A DNA stretch of 64,000 bases from the human T2T-CHM13v2.0 reference genome, Homo sapiens: NCBI RefSeq assembly GCF_009914755.1, contig NC_060932.1; one strand, 5' to 3'. Below the pieces are notes generated by a model. It worked only from the letters and a program-made list of their open reading frames with translations, was not told where the DNA came from and did no database searches. The position numbers were made by a program, and so were the translations under genes. Positions 12,997 through 24,982 of this stretch are shown piece by piece. Position 1 is the first letter of the stretch. Each line of letters starts with the position of its first letter.

Positions 12997-13406
12997 GGGA
13001 GGAAGATGCAATTCGACAGAAGGGATCCATGAGGAGTAATAGCAGTAAAGTGCAGGATATGTTCGTACAGAGTCTTGAAAGCTCAGGCAGGTGTTCCAGC
13101 AGCAACATTAAGGCAGAGAGAAGAGAAACACCAAGGATGTTTGTCCTACAGACAAATGACTTGGACATGTAGACAGCCACAGGTGCTATTTTCTTTAGTC
13201 TTTGCATAAGCAACAGGACAGAACCTTCCTGTGGCTGAGATGAGGCAATTCTTTATAATCTGGACTTGATTTGTCCTGTTAGGTGTCAGAGTCCTGCTGG
13301 TCCTCACTTTGAGGAAGAAGGAAACCATCCCTCTGATTTGGGGATTTCCAGACTTGTTTAGTTATTTTTCTAATGTACAAAAAGGGCACTTTGGGCCCTT
13401 AAGCCT

Positions 13407-13815
13407 GTGGCAGAGATGGCTAACTCCACACTAGAATGTATTCATCCTCGTGGAAGAGAGCATTGTCTCTGGAAAGCAGATTATCATTCCAGCCCTTTAT
13501 TTCCCAACCTCCTACCCATGACCCCTTGCACTTACATGTAGCCATGAAGCTAATTCTCACTAAAGGATAGAAGCAGAAGCAATGTGTTTGAGCTCAGGCC
13601 AAGGCTTAGAAGAATAGGCTCTCTCTCTTTCTCCTATCCACAAGCTTGATGCAAATGATGGCAAGACTCTAGAGGACAATAGAGCCTGGGCTCCAAGTCT
13701 CCACAAGAAGTAAAGCCAACCACCAACCAGGAACAAGAGATAAGCTTCTATTGTATTTGAGCCACCAAATGTTTTGGGGTCTATATGTTATAGCAGCTAG
13801 CATTATCCTAATAGA
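13407..13815 (+). mobile_element. MLT1I/J-like LTR
   Basis: TGTGGCAGAG start; 3' block TTCTATTGTATTTGAGCCAC...TGTTATAGCAGCTAGC. Confidence 0.65.
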
Positions 13816-14360
13816 GACTTTATAGGAGTAACTGCTAGGATTAAAGGAAAGAAGGAGAGAAAAGTGCATTATAAATTATGATGTCCTAAATAACACCACT
13901 GCTTCATTGAACATTCGACAGACATCTATGGAGCAGCTATTATATACCAAGATTGTACTTGACACAGAGAAATCAGTGATGAACAGCACAGACATATGCT
14001 GTCTCCCAGATTAGTATTGAGCCACCATCCAATTGTGCTGGATGGAGCATAAGAATCATACCATCTATCTTTCAGCAGAGAAAATATTGCATCCTAGCCT
14101 CATTTATCTGTCCAATGGGACAAAAGGCAGGCAAAATTAGGGCCACTCCCATCAAATGGCTTTCAGCAGGTTTCTATATATTTATTTTTAAATGCATATC
14201 TTGCTTTATTCCAAACAAGGTTTAAGACAGCTTACAAGATAGCTTAAATTTAAAATGAAAGAAGAAAGTTATAACAGGGTGGGAATGACATGGTACCATG
14301 AATATAGCTAAATATGCAGTCACTAATGACTTACACACTTGCCACAAATTTAGATCTGAG

Positions 14361-14678
14361 TTTGTTTGGTTTTGGTTTTTTGGTTTTTGTTTTTTTTTTG
14401 AGACAGGGTCTCACTTTGTCACCCAGGCTAGAGTGCAGTGGTATATGATCATGGCTCACTGCAGCCTTGCAGGCTCAAGCAATTCTCCCACTTCAGCCTC
14501 CTGAGTAGCTGGGACCACAGTCACACACTACCACGACTGGCTACTTTTTAAAAATTTTTTGTAGAGACAGGGTCTTGCTATGTTGCCCAGGCTGGTTTCA
14601 AACTCCTGGCCTCAAGTGATCCTCCCACCTCAGCCTCCCAATGTGCTGAGATTCCAGGTGTAAGACACTGTGTCCAGC
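14361..14678 (-). mobile_element. AluJ
   Basis: T-rich tail, then GAGACAGGGTCTCAC...GGCTCAAGCAATTCTCCCAC... dimeric Alu with J-type positions. Confidence 0.9.
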
Positions 14679-15726
14679 TTGAGCTTCCTGGAAGCCAAAT
14701 CAAAATGTTCATCAGCTGTTATAATATTTGTGATTATTTACATATCTGTATTCTCCACAGACACGAAGCACCATGAAGGACAAAGACTATGTCTTTTGTT
14801 TACTTACTCTAGTATCCACATGACCTCCTGGTCCACAGTAGGTCCCTAATAAGTACATCCATAAGGAAAAGGCAGAGCAGCCTGACGTTCAAACATACCT
14901 GGCACTGGGACAAAGAGGCGTGTCCCTGCAGATCCTCAGAAGTATAAGCCAACATGCTGTGAAGACCAGCATCATTATCCTAGGCCTACAGTTGACTCAT
15001 TGGCAAGCAACCTGTGGCTGGTCCTCATTTCCTAAACCCCAAGTATTGATGGCATCGGACCAAACACAATACAGACAAAGCAAATTCTGCAGGGATCTAA
15101 TATCCTGTGGTTCCAAACCCCCAAATCTCTGCCAGTCTGATGTGACCCAGGGGAGGACTGTTGACCACCTGGAAGGAACAGAAGTACCATATAACTTTTT
15201 AACAGTCTTCTCCTTCACTGTCTCCCAGGTAGTGTTTTAGATTCCATCAATGAGGCAGCTTTGGCTTCTAGAGGCCAGAGAAGCCATTTATTTTATTATT
15301 ATGAGAAGCCATTTTCTGACCCTAGAATCTGCATTTTCCGTGGAGAAAACTGAACGCTACCATCTACTCTGTCACTCGGGGCTCCCATAGAAAGAGGTAA
15401 TTAGTTGGATCAAAGTGCAATTTAAATGTCACTTTTGCTATGAAATTAGAGATACCATTCCTTTACATTGACTTGATTTTTGTGACTGACCTATTCCCTT
15501 TCTTGCTTTGGTCCTTGATTCTAAGAAAGTCAGCAGTGTAGTCCCAGCTAGTTAGAGAGATCAGAAGTGTAGGTGGAAGAGCTTAAAGGGGCAGCAGTGA
15601 CATCAGAGGGCAGGGCTATGGCTGGGATAAGGCACTAAAGATGGAGGGAGATTTCTAAGCCCCAGCCCTGCATGGGGAGAGCATAGGATTCCCAAGTGGG
15701 TTTCCAAGAACACCCCAGTGAATAAG

Positions 15727-15847
15727 CAGGGCTGGTGGTGAGCAGGAAACTGTGAGCTCATTGCACAACTCCAAAGTGCAACTTGCATGGACCACATTGA
15801 GGACAATGTGATGGCGCCCTCTGGAGTTGTGTCATGCATCTGTCCTG
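15727..15847. mobile_element. MER91-like palindromic hAT (Tip100) element
   Basis: CAGGGCTG...GTCCTG ends; internal inverted repeat CACAACTCCA (15764-15773) / TGGAGTTGTG (15822-15831). Confidence 0.6.
15812..15829 (-). promoter_or_regulatory. CTCF core motif (candidate)
   Basis: Minus strand CAACTCCAGAGGGCGCCA closely matches the CTCF core CCASYAGRKGGCRS, with the CpG retained. Confidence 0.6.
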
Positions 15848-15871
15848 CAGGACATAATTTGAGAGGGCTCA

Positions 15872-16130
15872 CTAATAATAGCAATAAGAACCCACATGTA
15901 CCGAGTGTTCAGGACATTCCAGCCATGATGCTAAGGACTTTATAAGTATTAGCTCATTTAGTTCTCACAACGTTGTAAGTAGGAACTATAGTCATTCCCA
16001 TTTTACAAAAGGGGAAACTGAGACTTAGAGATGTTAAGTAATTTACCTGAAACCATTCCATTAGTACATGTTGAAGCCAGATTTTTAGCCCAGTCTGGCT
16101 TCACAGCTCATGCTCTTAGCCACTTAAATA
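15872..16130 (-). mobile_element. MIR (near full length)
   Basis: ATTCCCATTTTACAAAAGGGGAAACTGAGACTTAGAGATGTTAAGTAATTTACC core. Confidence 0.85.
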
Positions 16131-16713
16131 TATGGCCTTCCAGCAAGGTTGATAAAAAGTAGATACAAAATTTACTTTTCCAGACATTGTGCACAACAGC
16201 TTTCAATTCTGCCCTAGCAACCGAGGACCTATCCCTTAATTTCCCATGCTGATTCCAGTTCCTCGCCTACGAGTATGTCTCCATATTATGGTGCCAAGGC
16301 AGGTAAGAACACTCCTCCAAGACACCACCAGAGAGACATTTACAAAGGCGGAGCTGGCCCTGCAACGTGCTCCCAGCACAGCAGGATGGCTGCAGGTTCT
16401 AACAGACAGATCAGCAGCAGTGGCTGGTGCGTTTATTAAGTCCCACTGGTTAAATTCTACTTTCTGATGCAGGCAAACGGCTCCCATTCCCCCATAGTGA
16501 GAGCTAGGTGAGCAAGTCAAAGGCAGGGCACAGCAGGGGCTACATTCTGAAGGCAGAAAGTCAGGAGGAGGTGGCTTGTGACAGATTATTTTGAGATGGA
16601 GCTGTCAGTGCAGAATAGTCCCTGCCCCACCATGATGGCTCCAGTGTCCAGGAGACACCTGTCTACAATGTGAAGAGGAAATGGACTTTGCAGAGAGAAG
16701 TTGCACCAAGTGA

Positions 16714-17118
<405 letters not shown>

Positions 17119-17190
17119 TAAACTGTCATTTCAATCTTCTAAAGATTAGATTTAGCTTTTCAATCTGTTTGGGGCCTGGTTTCATTCAGT

Positions 17191-17362
17191 GTCCTTCCTT
17201 TCTTCCCTTCCTACCTCTCTCTTCCTCCTCTGTTTTCTCTTAATTCTTCTCTCTCTTTCCTCCCTTCTTCTTCTTCTTCTTCTTCTTCTTCTTTCCTCTT
17301 CTTCTTCTTCTTCTTTCCTCTTCTTCTTCTTCTTCTTCTTCTTCTTTCTTCTTCTCTCTCTC
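17191..17362. repeat. Polypyrimidine / (CTT)n simple repeat
   Basis: ~170 bp almost entirely C/T with long TTC runs. Confidence 0.95.
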
Positions 17363-19194
17363 ATGCCCCTCATTCTCTGATCCCCCTTTATCTCCAGATA
17401 GCTAGCGCTCTGCCGACTGAACTGGGTCTAGGATGACCTGCTTATTGCACAAGAGCTCTGTACATGCAAACAAGAGTAGATAAGCAAACGACTGAACACA
17501 GTCCAACCAATCTGCGTTGCTGCCTTTCTTCAGCCTCAGCTCCTCCAGCAAACCTCCCTCTGGGGACCCACCACACCAGTGCTCTTTCAAGTCCTGAAAC
17601 ATGCCCTGTTTTACCCCAAGGACCCCACTCAGGCTGACCCTCTGCCTAGAGCAGGGCCTGTTGAGAGGCAGCAGAGACGGGTACTGTGGCTACACTGAGA
17701 CTTCATCATCATTCTGGAGTCAACTGTTTTTTGGGGTTTTTTTTTTCTTTCCCTACATCTCTACTTTCATGTCAGAGGCCAAACAAAAAATTTTACAGAA
17801 AGTCAAGACAAGGCTCCCTTTACCTAAGCTGTTGGGTCAGCATTGCATGTGCTTTTTAAATGTCATAGATTTCTGTTTTTCTTTTACTTACAATTTTTAA
17901 TCTTTGTCTAAACAATTTTTAGGGGAAATGAAAAACATTTCCTACATTTTATGCCTCTTAAAGGCCTTTATTTTTGTAATCATGCACAGCCAGGCTATTC
18001 AAATCCTCTTGGACACTCTAGTCCTATGGCTTTGAAGCATTTTCCCCATCCGAGGGGCAAACAAAGTAAGTGAAATAGTTGAAACAAAACTCAAAGTCTG
18101 GGATAATAAATACCTAACAGTATTGCATTTTATAGCAGATTTCTGTCTGTTTTCCTGAAATTTTGGAAAATACCTAATTCCAGTCCTCTCTGGACCCTGA
18201 CAGAGCAATTTTAAGGGTGTACTGTATAATGTGCTTTTTCTTTACCTGAGTTGGGGGAAAACTAAGAAGAGGGTAGCTTGTTAAAGAAGTTAGATGAAAG
18301 AGAAAAAGATAAAAGGCATGTAAGTGGGTGGCGATAATAAAGCTGATGGGAGAAAGAGAGAGGGAGAGAGAAGGTTTCACAAAGTTCCAGGGCAAGCAGT
18401 TACGTTTTTGGGTTTTGTCCTTAAGAGAGATTATTTGAAAGTAAGTATTTCATTCTGAAGTCTCAGAATATTAGTCAAAGAAAGCTAGCCATTGACTGGT
18501 TGGTATATCTGTCCTCTTCTAGAATTACCATTAAGCCTATGGTTTATTGGCATGTCGAAAGTCTCCATGATGGCCGTTGAATTCTAAATCATCCTTAGGA
18601 AAATGTGACCTTTTATCAGTAGGTGTAAGAATGAGGATTGTAGTGAGTGAACACTTAGGAAGCAGGGGTTCTGCAGTCGGAGGCTCTGATTTTGATATAG
18701 ATGAGCCAATGACAAACAGAAAAATAAGCCAATGCAACTGGTCAAAAACGTGTGCCTATGAATAGCGTTTTTCAACGAAGCAGAGCTTACGAAGGAACCT
18801 CACTACTTTTATATTACAATCTGACCACACAAGAAGCGTGTTTATGAAGGTTTTAGTGAGGAACTCAAGGCAAATGTTGACCAATTGCTTCTGCTTTCAT
18901 TCTTCTCTAATTAACCTATAACCATTGGTCACTGCTCTAATGGACCTATAAACATTGGTCAGTGGGGCCGGCTTGGACCAAAAGCTTAGGAAATTTATGC
19001 CTCCACCATGAACCTAAGAAGCACTTCCTTGTAGCGTTCAATATATACAACACAATCAAGGGCAATACAAAAACGCAAAGGCTAAAATGACCTATTAATA
19101 GAAAAATGAAAAGTGAAAGTAAAAGCAATGGAAGAATCAATGGATTAACAGAAAATATCAGCCAAATGATTTACCTCTAAACCAAAATATGTAC

Positions 19195-19450
19195 AATATT
19201 AAATGTCTAGAATAGGCAAATTTGTAGAGACAAAAAGTAGATTAGTGGTTGCCTGGGGATGGGGATGGGAACAAGGATTAACTATGAATAAACATGAGTG
19301 ATCTTGCTGGGAGAATGAAAATGTTCCAGAACTGATTTATGGTGATGGTTGTGCCACTTGGTACAGTTGCTAAAAATAAATGAATTACAATTCGTTTACT
19401 TAAAATGGATGAATTTTAGGTTAGGTAAAATATAATTTAATGAGGCAGCT
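19195..19450 (+). mobile_element. L1MB/ME 3' end
   Basis: AAATGTCTAGAATAGGCAAATTTGTAGAGACAAAAAGTAGATTAGTGGTTGCC. Confidence 0.8.
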
Positions 19451-19471
19451 AAAGAATAATAGAGCATTCAG

Positions 19472-19824
19472 TGTTATGGACTGAATGGCTATGTCCCCCC
19501 AAAATTTATGTGTTGAAATCCAAACTTCCAACATGATGGTATAAGATAGGGTCTTTGGGAGATAATTGGGTCACAAGGGTAGAGCCCCCATGAATGAGAT
19601 TAGTGCTCTTGTAAAAGACTCAAGAGAAGAACACTCTTTTCTCCTTTCAACCATGGGAAGATACAATAAGATGGAAGTCTGTAACCTAGAAGAGAACCCT
19701 CACCACAACCTGAGCATGCTGACACCCTGATCTTGAACTTCCAGTCTCCAGAACTGTGAGAAAAGAACGTCTGACCCATGGAGTCTATGCTAATTTGTTA
19801 TAGCAGCCGAAGTTGACTAAAACA
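19472..19824 (+). mobile_element. MLT1A-like solo LTR
   Basis: TGTTATGGACTGAATG...CCAGAACTGTGAG...TTTGTTATAGCAGCC...GACTAAAACA. Confidence 0.85.
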
Positions 19825-20699
19825 TAGACTATGGCAAAATATCAACCTGTGTTAAGTATAGAAAATGGATAGATAAGTGTCTGTAATGGTAAGTGTCTAA
19901 TTTTTCTATGTTTTCATTGTTCACAATTTTTTAATTTGAAAAATAAATAACAATGTTTCCTATCTCAGATATGGCATTATCCTGGGACCATATATTTGCA
20001 TGATTACAAGGCATACACAATACTTTTTTAAAAAAAAATTAAGAGTTACTGGCACAGTTATCTGCACTTAATAACTACCCAGTGTTCCTTCTGCGTTGTC
20101 AACAACACCTGGCTCAGAACCAGGCTCAGTTAACTTGATTCAATGCCTCCTGTTTGCCGAGATCCAAGGAGAGTTTTTGCAAATATCTTGGCCATTCAAG
20201 AGGTTTTGCCTGAGACCTTTGCAAATCTATTAGGAAATATTACTGTAATAATAAAGAATTATGGTGGTTTGAGATAGAAGTGCCACGCCAAGGAATGAAC
20301 AGACTCATTTGTTCAGTGATTTCATTCTGTACCCCAACCTAGCTGCTCCTGTGATTGATTCTTACTTCAGCAAAGGTACAAATCATTGTATCTAGTGAAA
20401 CCTCGGGGTCAGATGTCAAAGTAGCAAACCCAACATTTTCATAAATTAGTAAAATATTCTTTTACACACATTTTATTGATTCTCTAAAAGACTAATGGAA
20501 TCACATAGAACATTTCTATCATAATATTGCCATATTTCTAGGAGGAAATGGAGACACAGAAGATATATGATACAGTAAATGTTGGGCAATATGTGCAATA
20601 TGCACATAGCAGAGCTGGGAAAGAAATTCCGTTATCTTGTGTGTTAAAGTCAGGTTACAAAAGAATACATGGAGTGAGACCCTATTTATGTTGCTATTA

Positions 20700-21355
20700 G
20701 ATATGCATTGACAGCTCAGGCTTGGGATGTCCAAAACCACATTTCTGATCTTCATCACCAGGGCCCAGCCTGCTCTTCCATAGTCTTCCCCATCTCAGTT
20801 AATGGTAATTATCCCTTTAGTTATTCAAGACAAAAAAGTTTCATCCTTCCTTGACATTTCTTGTTCTGTCATGCACATCCACTAGTCAGCAAATGTCTAT
20901 CTTATCAACACACACCCAGAAACCTACTACTTCTCAGTAGCTACCTCAACCTCAATAGCTACCACCACTTCCAATAGCTACCACCTTGGACAATTGCAAC
21001 AAGTCTCCTAGTAGATCTCCCTATTTCAACCTATGCTACCCCCAAATCTACTATTAACTCAGTGGCCAGAGTAAATTATCAGGAAGTCAAAACATCGTAC
21101 ACCTCTGTTCAAAACCTTCCAGTGGCTTCTCATAATCCAAGTCTTCATTGCATCCTACAAGTCCTCTATTAGGAGGCCTCAATCTTTTCTCTCACCTCTA
21201 TCTTCTGCTCCCTCTCCCAGATCTTCTTGTTATTTCAAGCATACTACACATGCTACTGCCTCACCTTTGCAGTTATAAAGGAGTAACAACTCCATCACTT
21301 CCTTCATATATTCAAATGTAATCTTCCCAGCGAGGCCTTACCTGAGCACACCTTT
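20700..21355 (+). mobile_element. L2 fragment
   Basis: GTCTTCCCCATCTCAGTTAATGG and CTCTGTTCAAAACCTTCCAGTGGCTTCTCAT are typical L2 blocks. Confidence 0.75.
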
Positions 21356-22405
21356 CCATCCTCCCTGATGGATTGCAAGAAAAAAGGTTTTGGTTCCTGT
21401 ACTTGTCTCTCTTGCAATGTGACTTTGAAGCTCCTCTCATCAAGAGAGCAGGACTCTATCATTTCCCTAGTCAATAAGATGCTGGGTTTTGCAAAGGCCA
21501 CATTTTTGGTCTCTACCTTATACTGACATGGTCTTCTGGGAAAGGAGTTAAGAGAGAAATTAATTATACAAACATGGAAATTAAAGAACAACCTTATTCA
21601 AGCTTTCAGTGGCAGAGCCCAGATTTGAACCCAGGTCTCCTGCCTTTTAATTCACTTCTGTTTCCAGAACACCACCATGGCTTTCAGACAGTTATTTACC
21701 AGTCCCAACCTTGAGCATTCACAGAGAACTTAAGCCACATTCTGCCAAAGAAATATTTCTAAGCTTGTCCTCATGATATCCCCAGGAATGAAGCAAGTCA
21801 ACCAGGCCATAAGCTGTGCAAAGGAAGTCATAGAGCCAAGGGTATAAATAGCCTTTCACAGCTGGTGCATGTGGGATTACAAGTAATAGCATTTCATCAC
21901 TGAAGACATTGCACTTCATTGCGGAACCACTTCAGTTGTTTCTCCAATGTGTTTATAAGTAATCCAGGGCTCTCAGAGTGTCAGCTTTACTAGGTTACTA
22001 CTCTCCTATCAAGAGCTTCTTGAACCTCAGTAGTGCCAGTCATGACTGAGTCCCTAGTTAAATCCTGACCTACTTTAAGCAATTCTGACCCTAAAATCTG
22101 GGTGGTACCATCAAGTCATTTACTGATTATGTGTAGCTAATATGTGACAAACATTATAATTGGAAGATTATGGGATGCCATGGGAACATGGAGCAGGGGA
22201 CTGAACTTGCTGTGGTCTAAATATAAATTTGGGGAAGGTTTCAGCATATAGCCAGTCAATTCATGGGAGTAAGTCATTTTAGCAAGAGGAAATTTGAAAG
22301 ATAAAAAGAAGAGGGCCAAGAGTAGAACTTCAAGTAATGGAAGCCAGCAAGGGAGAATGCGACGGAGACAATGAGGCAGAAGAAAATCATTTGAGGGATG
22401 TCACA

Positions 22406-22764
22406 TGCTGTTGTCTGAATGTTTGTGTGCCCCTGAAATTCATGTTGAACTCTTAACCCCCAAGTTGATGGCATTAAGAAGTGGGACCTTTGGGAGGTGA
22501 TGATATCATAAGATTAGAGGCTCCATGAATAGGATTACTGCCCTTATAAAAGAGACCCCAGATAGCTGGCTTGCCACTTTCACCAGGTGAGGAGACAGTA
22601 AGAAGGTATTTGTATGAGGAACAGGTCCTCACCAGACACCAAATCTGCCAGCACCATTGATCTTGGACTTCTCAGGCTCCAGAACTGTGAGCAATATATG
22701 TCTATTGTTTATAAGCTCCCTAGTCTATGGTATTCTGTTGTAGCAGCCCAAACAGGCTAAAACA
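22406..22764 (+). mobile_element. MLT1A0-like solo LTR
   Basis: TGCT...CTGAATGTTTGTG...CCTCACCAGACACCAAATCTGCC...CTAAAACA; flanks TCACA/TCATG. Confidence 0.88.
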
Positions 22765-23264
22765 TCATGATAGCCAACTTGGGATATAAATTTTTTAAGT
22801 AGGCAATAGATAGCAAATCCAGGCAGTGCCAGGCTGGTTTATGGCAGATCAATATTCCTGCCAAGAATAAAGCAAATCAAAAGCAAAATCAGAAAAAAAA
22901 AGTGTTTTTTAAAATATAACTTAAGTCTGTCGGAAACTACTCAGTGAGAGCACACGAACCAAGATTCTAAGAGGAAGGAAAGCACAGAAATGTGAGCCCA
23001 ACATTATATGCCACTTTTTCTTTATTTCATTTGCTGATTTGAACATAGGGTCTCAGAGGATAAGATGTTTAGCAAAAACTCCAGTGGGCTTTGTGAGGCT
23101 GGGGAAGGAAAACTGGAATTCAGAGCAAAGAATAAGCTTTCTTGGTTATGCACCCCAGGTTTTCAGTTGTGACCCCCTAAGGACAGAACCCTATGAGTTG
23201 GGGAACACCTGAAACAGGCCTTCTGTCACAATGCTGATGCCCATCTTTGATTGGCTGTGCTTAT

Positions 23265-23422
23265 CCAGTACAATGTTCTGCAGCCGTGGAAATGTCTGAT
23301 ATCTATGCTGTTGAATATAACACAAGCCTTATGTGGCTACTGGGCACTTGAAATGTGGCTAGTGCAACTGAATTTCTAATCTTAATTTTAATTATTCTAA
23401 ATTTAACTTAAAATATCCACAT
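23265..23422. mobile_element. MER3-like DNA transposon
   Basis: ATGTGGCTACTGGGCACTTGAAATGTGGCTAGTGCAACTGA hallmark. Confidence 0.75.
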
Positions 23423-23424
23423 CA

Positions 23425-23801
23425 GGGTTGTTTCAGCTGAAGAGAGCAACCTCACCCAAGATCTGGCCTGTTTTCCAGGGTGACCCACATCAATGAATGG
23501 TTCACACAAAAGGTCCCAACCCAGAGCAACTGAAAAGGAATTTCAGACTCAGAGTTCCCCCATGGGGTTGTAAGGGCTCCATTGGGGCTGCCTCACAGCT
23601 CACATGCTCCCTCTGACCTCCTCTTCCTTTCTTTTCTTCCCTCCCCTCCCCTTCCTTCCCTCCTCTCCCTTTCCTCCCCTCCCCTTCCTCTTCCCATCCC
23701 TTCCCTTCCTTAGCCATTCATCCCCAAAGCATCCCCTAATAAAAATCCCACATGTAAATCTCCAAGTCAGAGTCTGGGTCCCAGGAAATCCAGCTTCTGA
23801 C
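23425..23801 (+). mobile_element. LTR16-family ERVL LTR with an internal CT-rich expansion
   Basis: CAGCTGAAGAGAGCAACCTCACCCAAG...CTAATAAA...TCAGAGTCTG...GACA. Confidence 0.7.
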
Positions 23802-24480
23802 ATTTGGCACTTGGAGTAGTCCAAGAAAGCAGATATTACCTTGGGAATTTGAAGCTAGATCCATCCAGCTGTCCAGTGGGACCCCCTTACTTATGGAGGT
23901 GACACATGGTCTCTGGAAGAGTGACATCACAATTATTAAAACTTTCACTAATTGTGAACTAGGAAGGGATAATGAAGGGAAAACTGTATACTTAGCTAGG
24001 TGATGTATCACCTATTTGAGAAATATGGGGGATATAATTGCTATAAGGACAGTGGAATTGAGTGCCTTTGCTAAGTTTTTATGGAGATTCTGGAACAAAT
24101 TAATGAACAGCCGAGAGTAATTAAACAGTGATTAAAAGGAAAGTGTGAGAGTTAGAGGGCTTCCTTGGTAGCATGTAGGGAGATTGTCCTCTCCTGTGGT
24201 AAAGGAGTTGAGAACTAGGCCCCAGGTTGAATTATCAGAATGGCTAAGCTCCAAAGATGGTAAGCTTCCAGTGAAGCCAAGTCTGCCATGCCAAGGACAG
24301 AGTCCTGATTGCAAAATAATGGGCCTCTGATGCACGGAATGGTTGATACCTGGATAAAAGAGCAACACCCCAAACCTTGAGAAATGACCTACCCCTCCTT
24401 ATTAAGAGCTGGCACCTCCCCCCAACATTAAAAGGTAATCAAGAGTCCTCCTGCCTACAAGAAAACAGACACACCCTTCA
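23802..24480 (+). mobile_element. ERVL internal 5' region following LTR16 (HERV16/ERV3-16A3-like)
   Basis: PBS-like TTTGGCACTTGGAGTAGTCCAAGAAAGCAG directly after the LTR; degenerate gag-leader-like sequence follows. Confidence 0.6.
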
Positions 24481-24689
24481 GGGTCATATGAATGGTCATG
24501 TCATGGGCCGACCCAGAAAAAGTCATGTTTTTCAAGAGGCTATAATATACCGACTGACCATTTTGTTGTCAAGTACCAAATTTTTGGAACTGGAGGGTAG
24601 ACCTTTACAGCAGTACTGCCTTTAGACCAAGGCAAAAGAGGTCCTCTTCCTTGATCCCACCATTCTTTAGGTGGAGCCACCTACCACAT

Positions 24690-24982
24690 ATGTAAGCAGC
24701 AACAGATTTATTAAAGAACACAGGGGGGCATCAGTCACAGGGGACCCAGCAGTCCCAGCATCCTCCTAAACTCCCGTATCCAGGCCCCAGAGAAAGGCTC
24801 TTCCACATCTCCCTCCAATGTTCTTGAAGCAAAAGGTGACTGTATCTAACTGCTGTGCAGGTTTGGGTGTCCTGGGCAGAGGGCAGAGGACACAGACACT
24901 GTTCAGAGTGCAGGTCAGGGATTGGAGGTGGGATAGAAACCAGGAGACCATCGAGGAGTTTGAAACTGCCATCTTGAGAAAC
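24690..24982 (-). ncRNA. Candidate terminal exon of a minus-strand spliced transcript
   Basis: Acceptor TTCTGGCATTTCCTCAG|G (AG at 24984-24983); AATAAA at 24712-24707 followed by GU-rich sequence; I recognise no repeat here. Confidence 0.4.

Noticed and set aside
17182-17380. Lys/Arg/Glu-rich and Leu/Ser/Phe-rich ORFs
   Set aside because: Translations of the CTT simple repeat.
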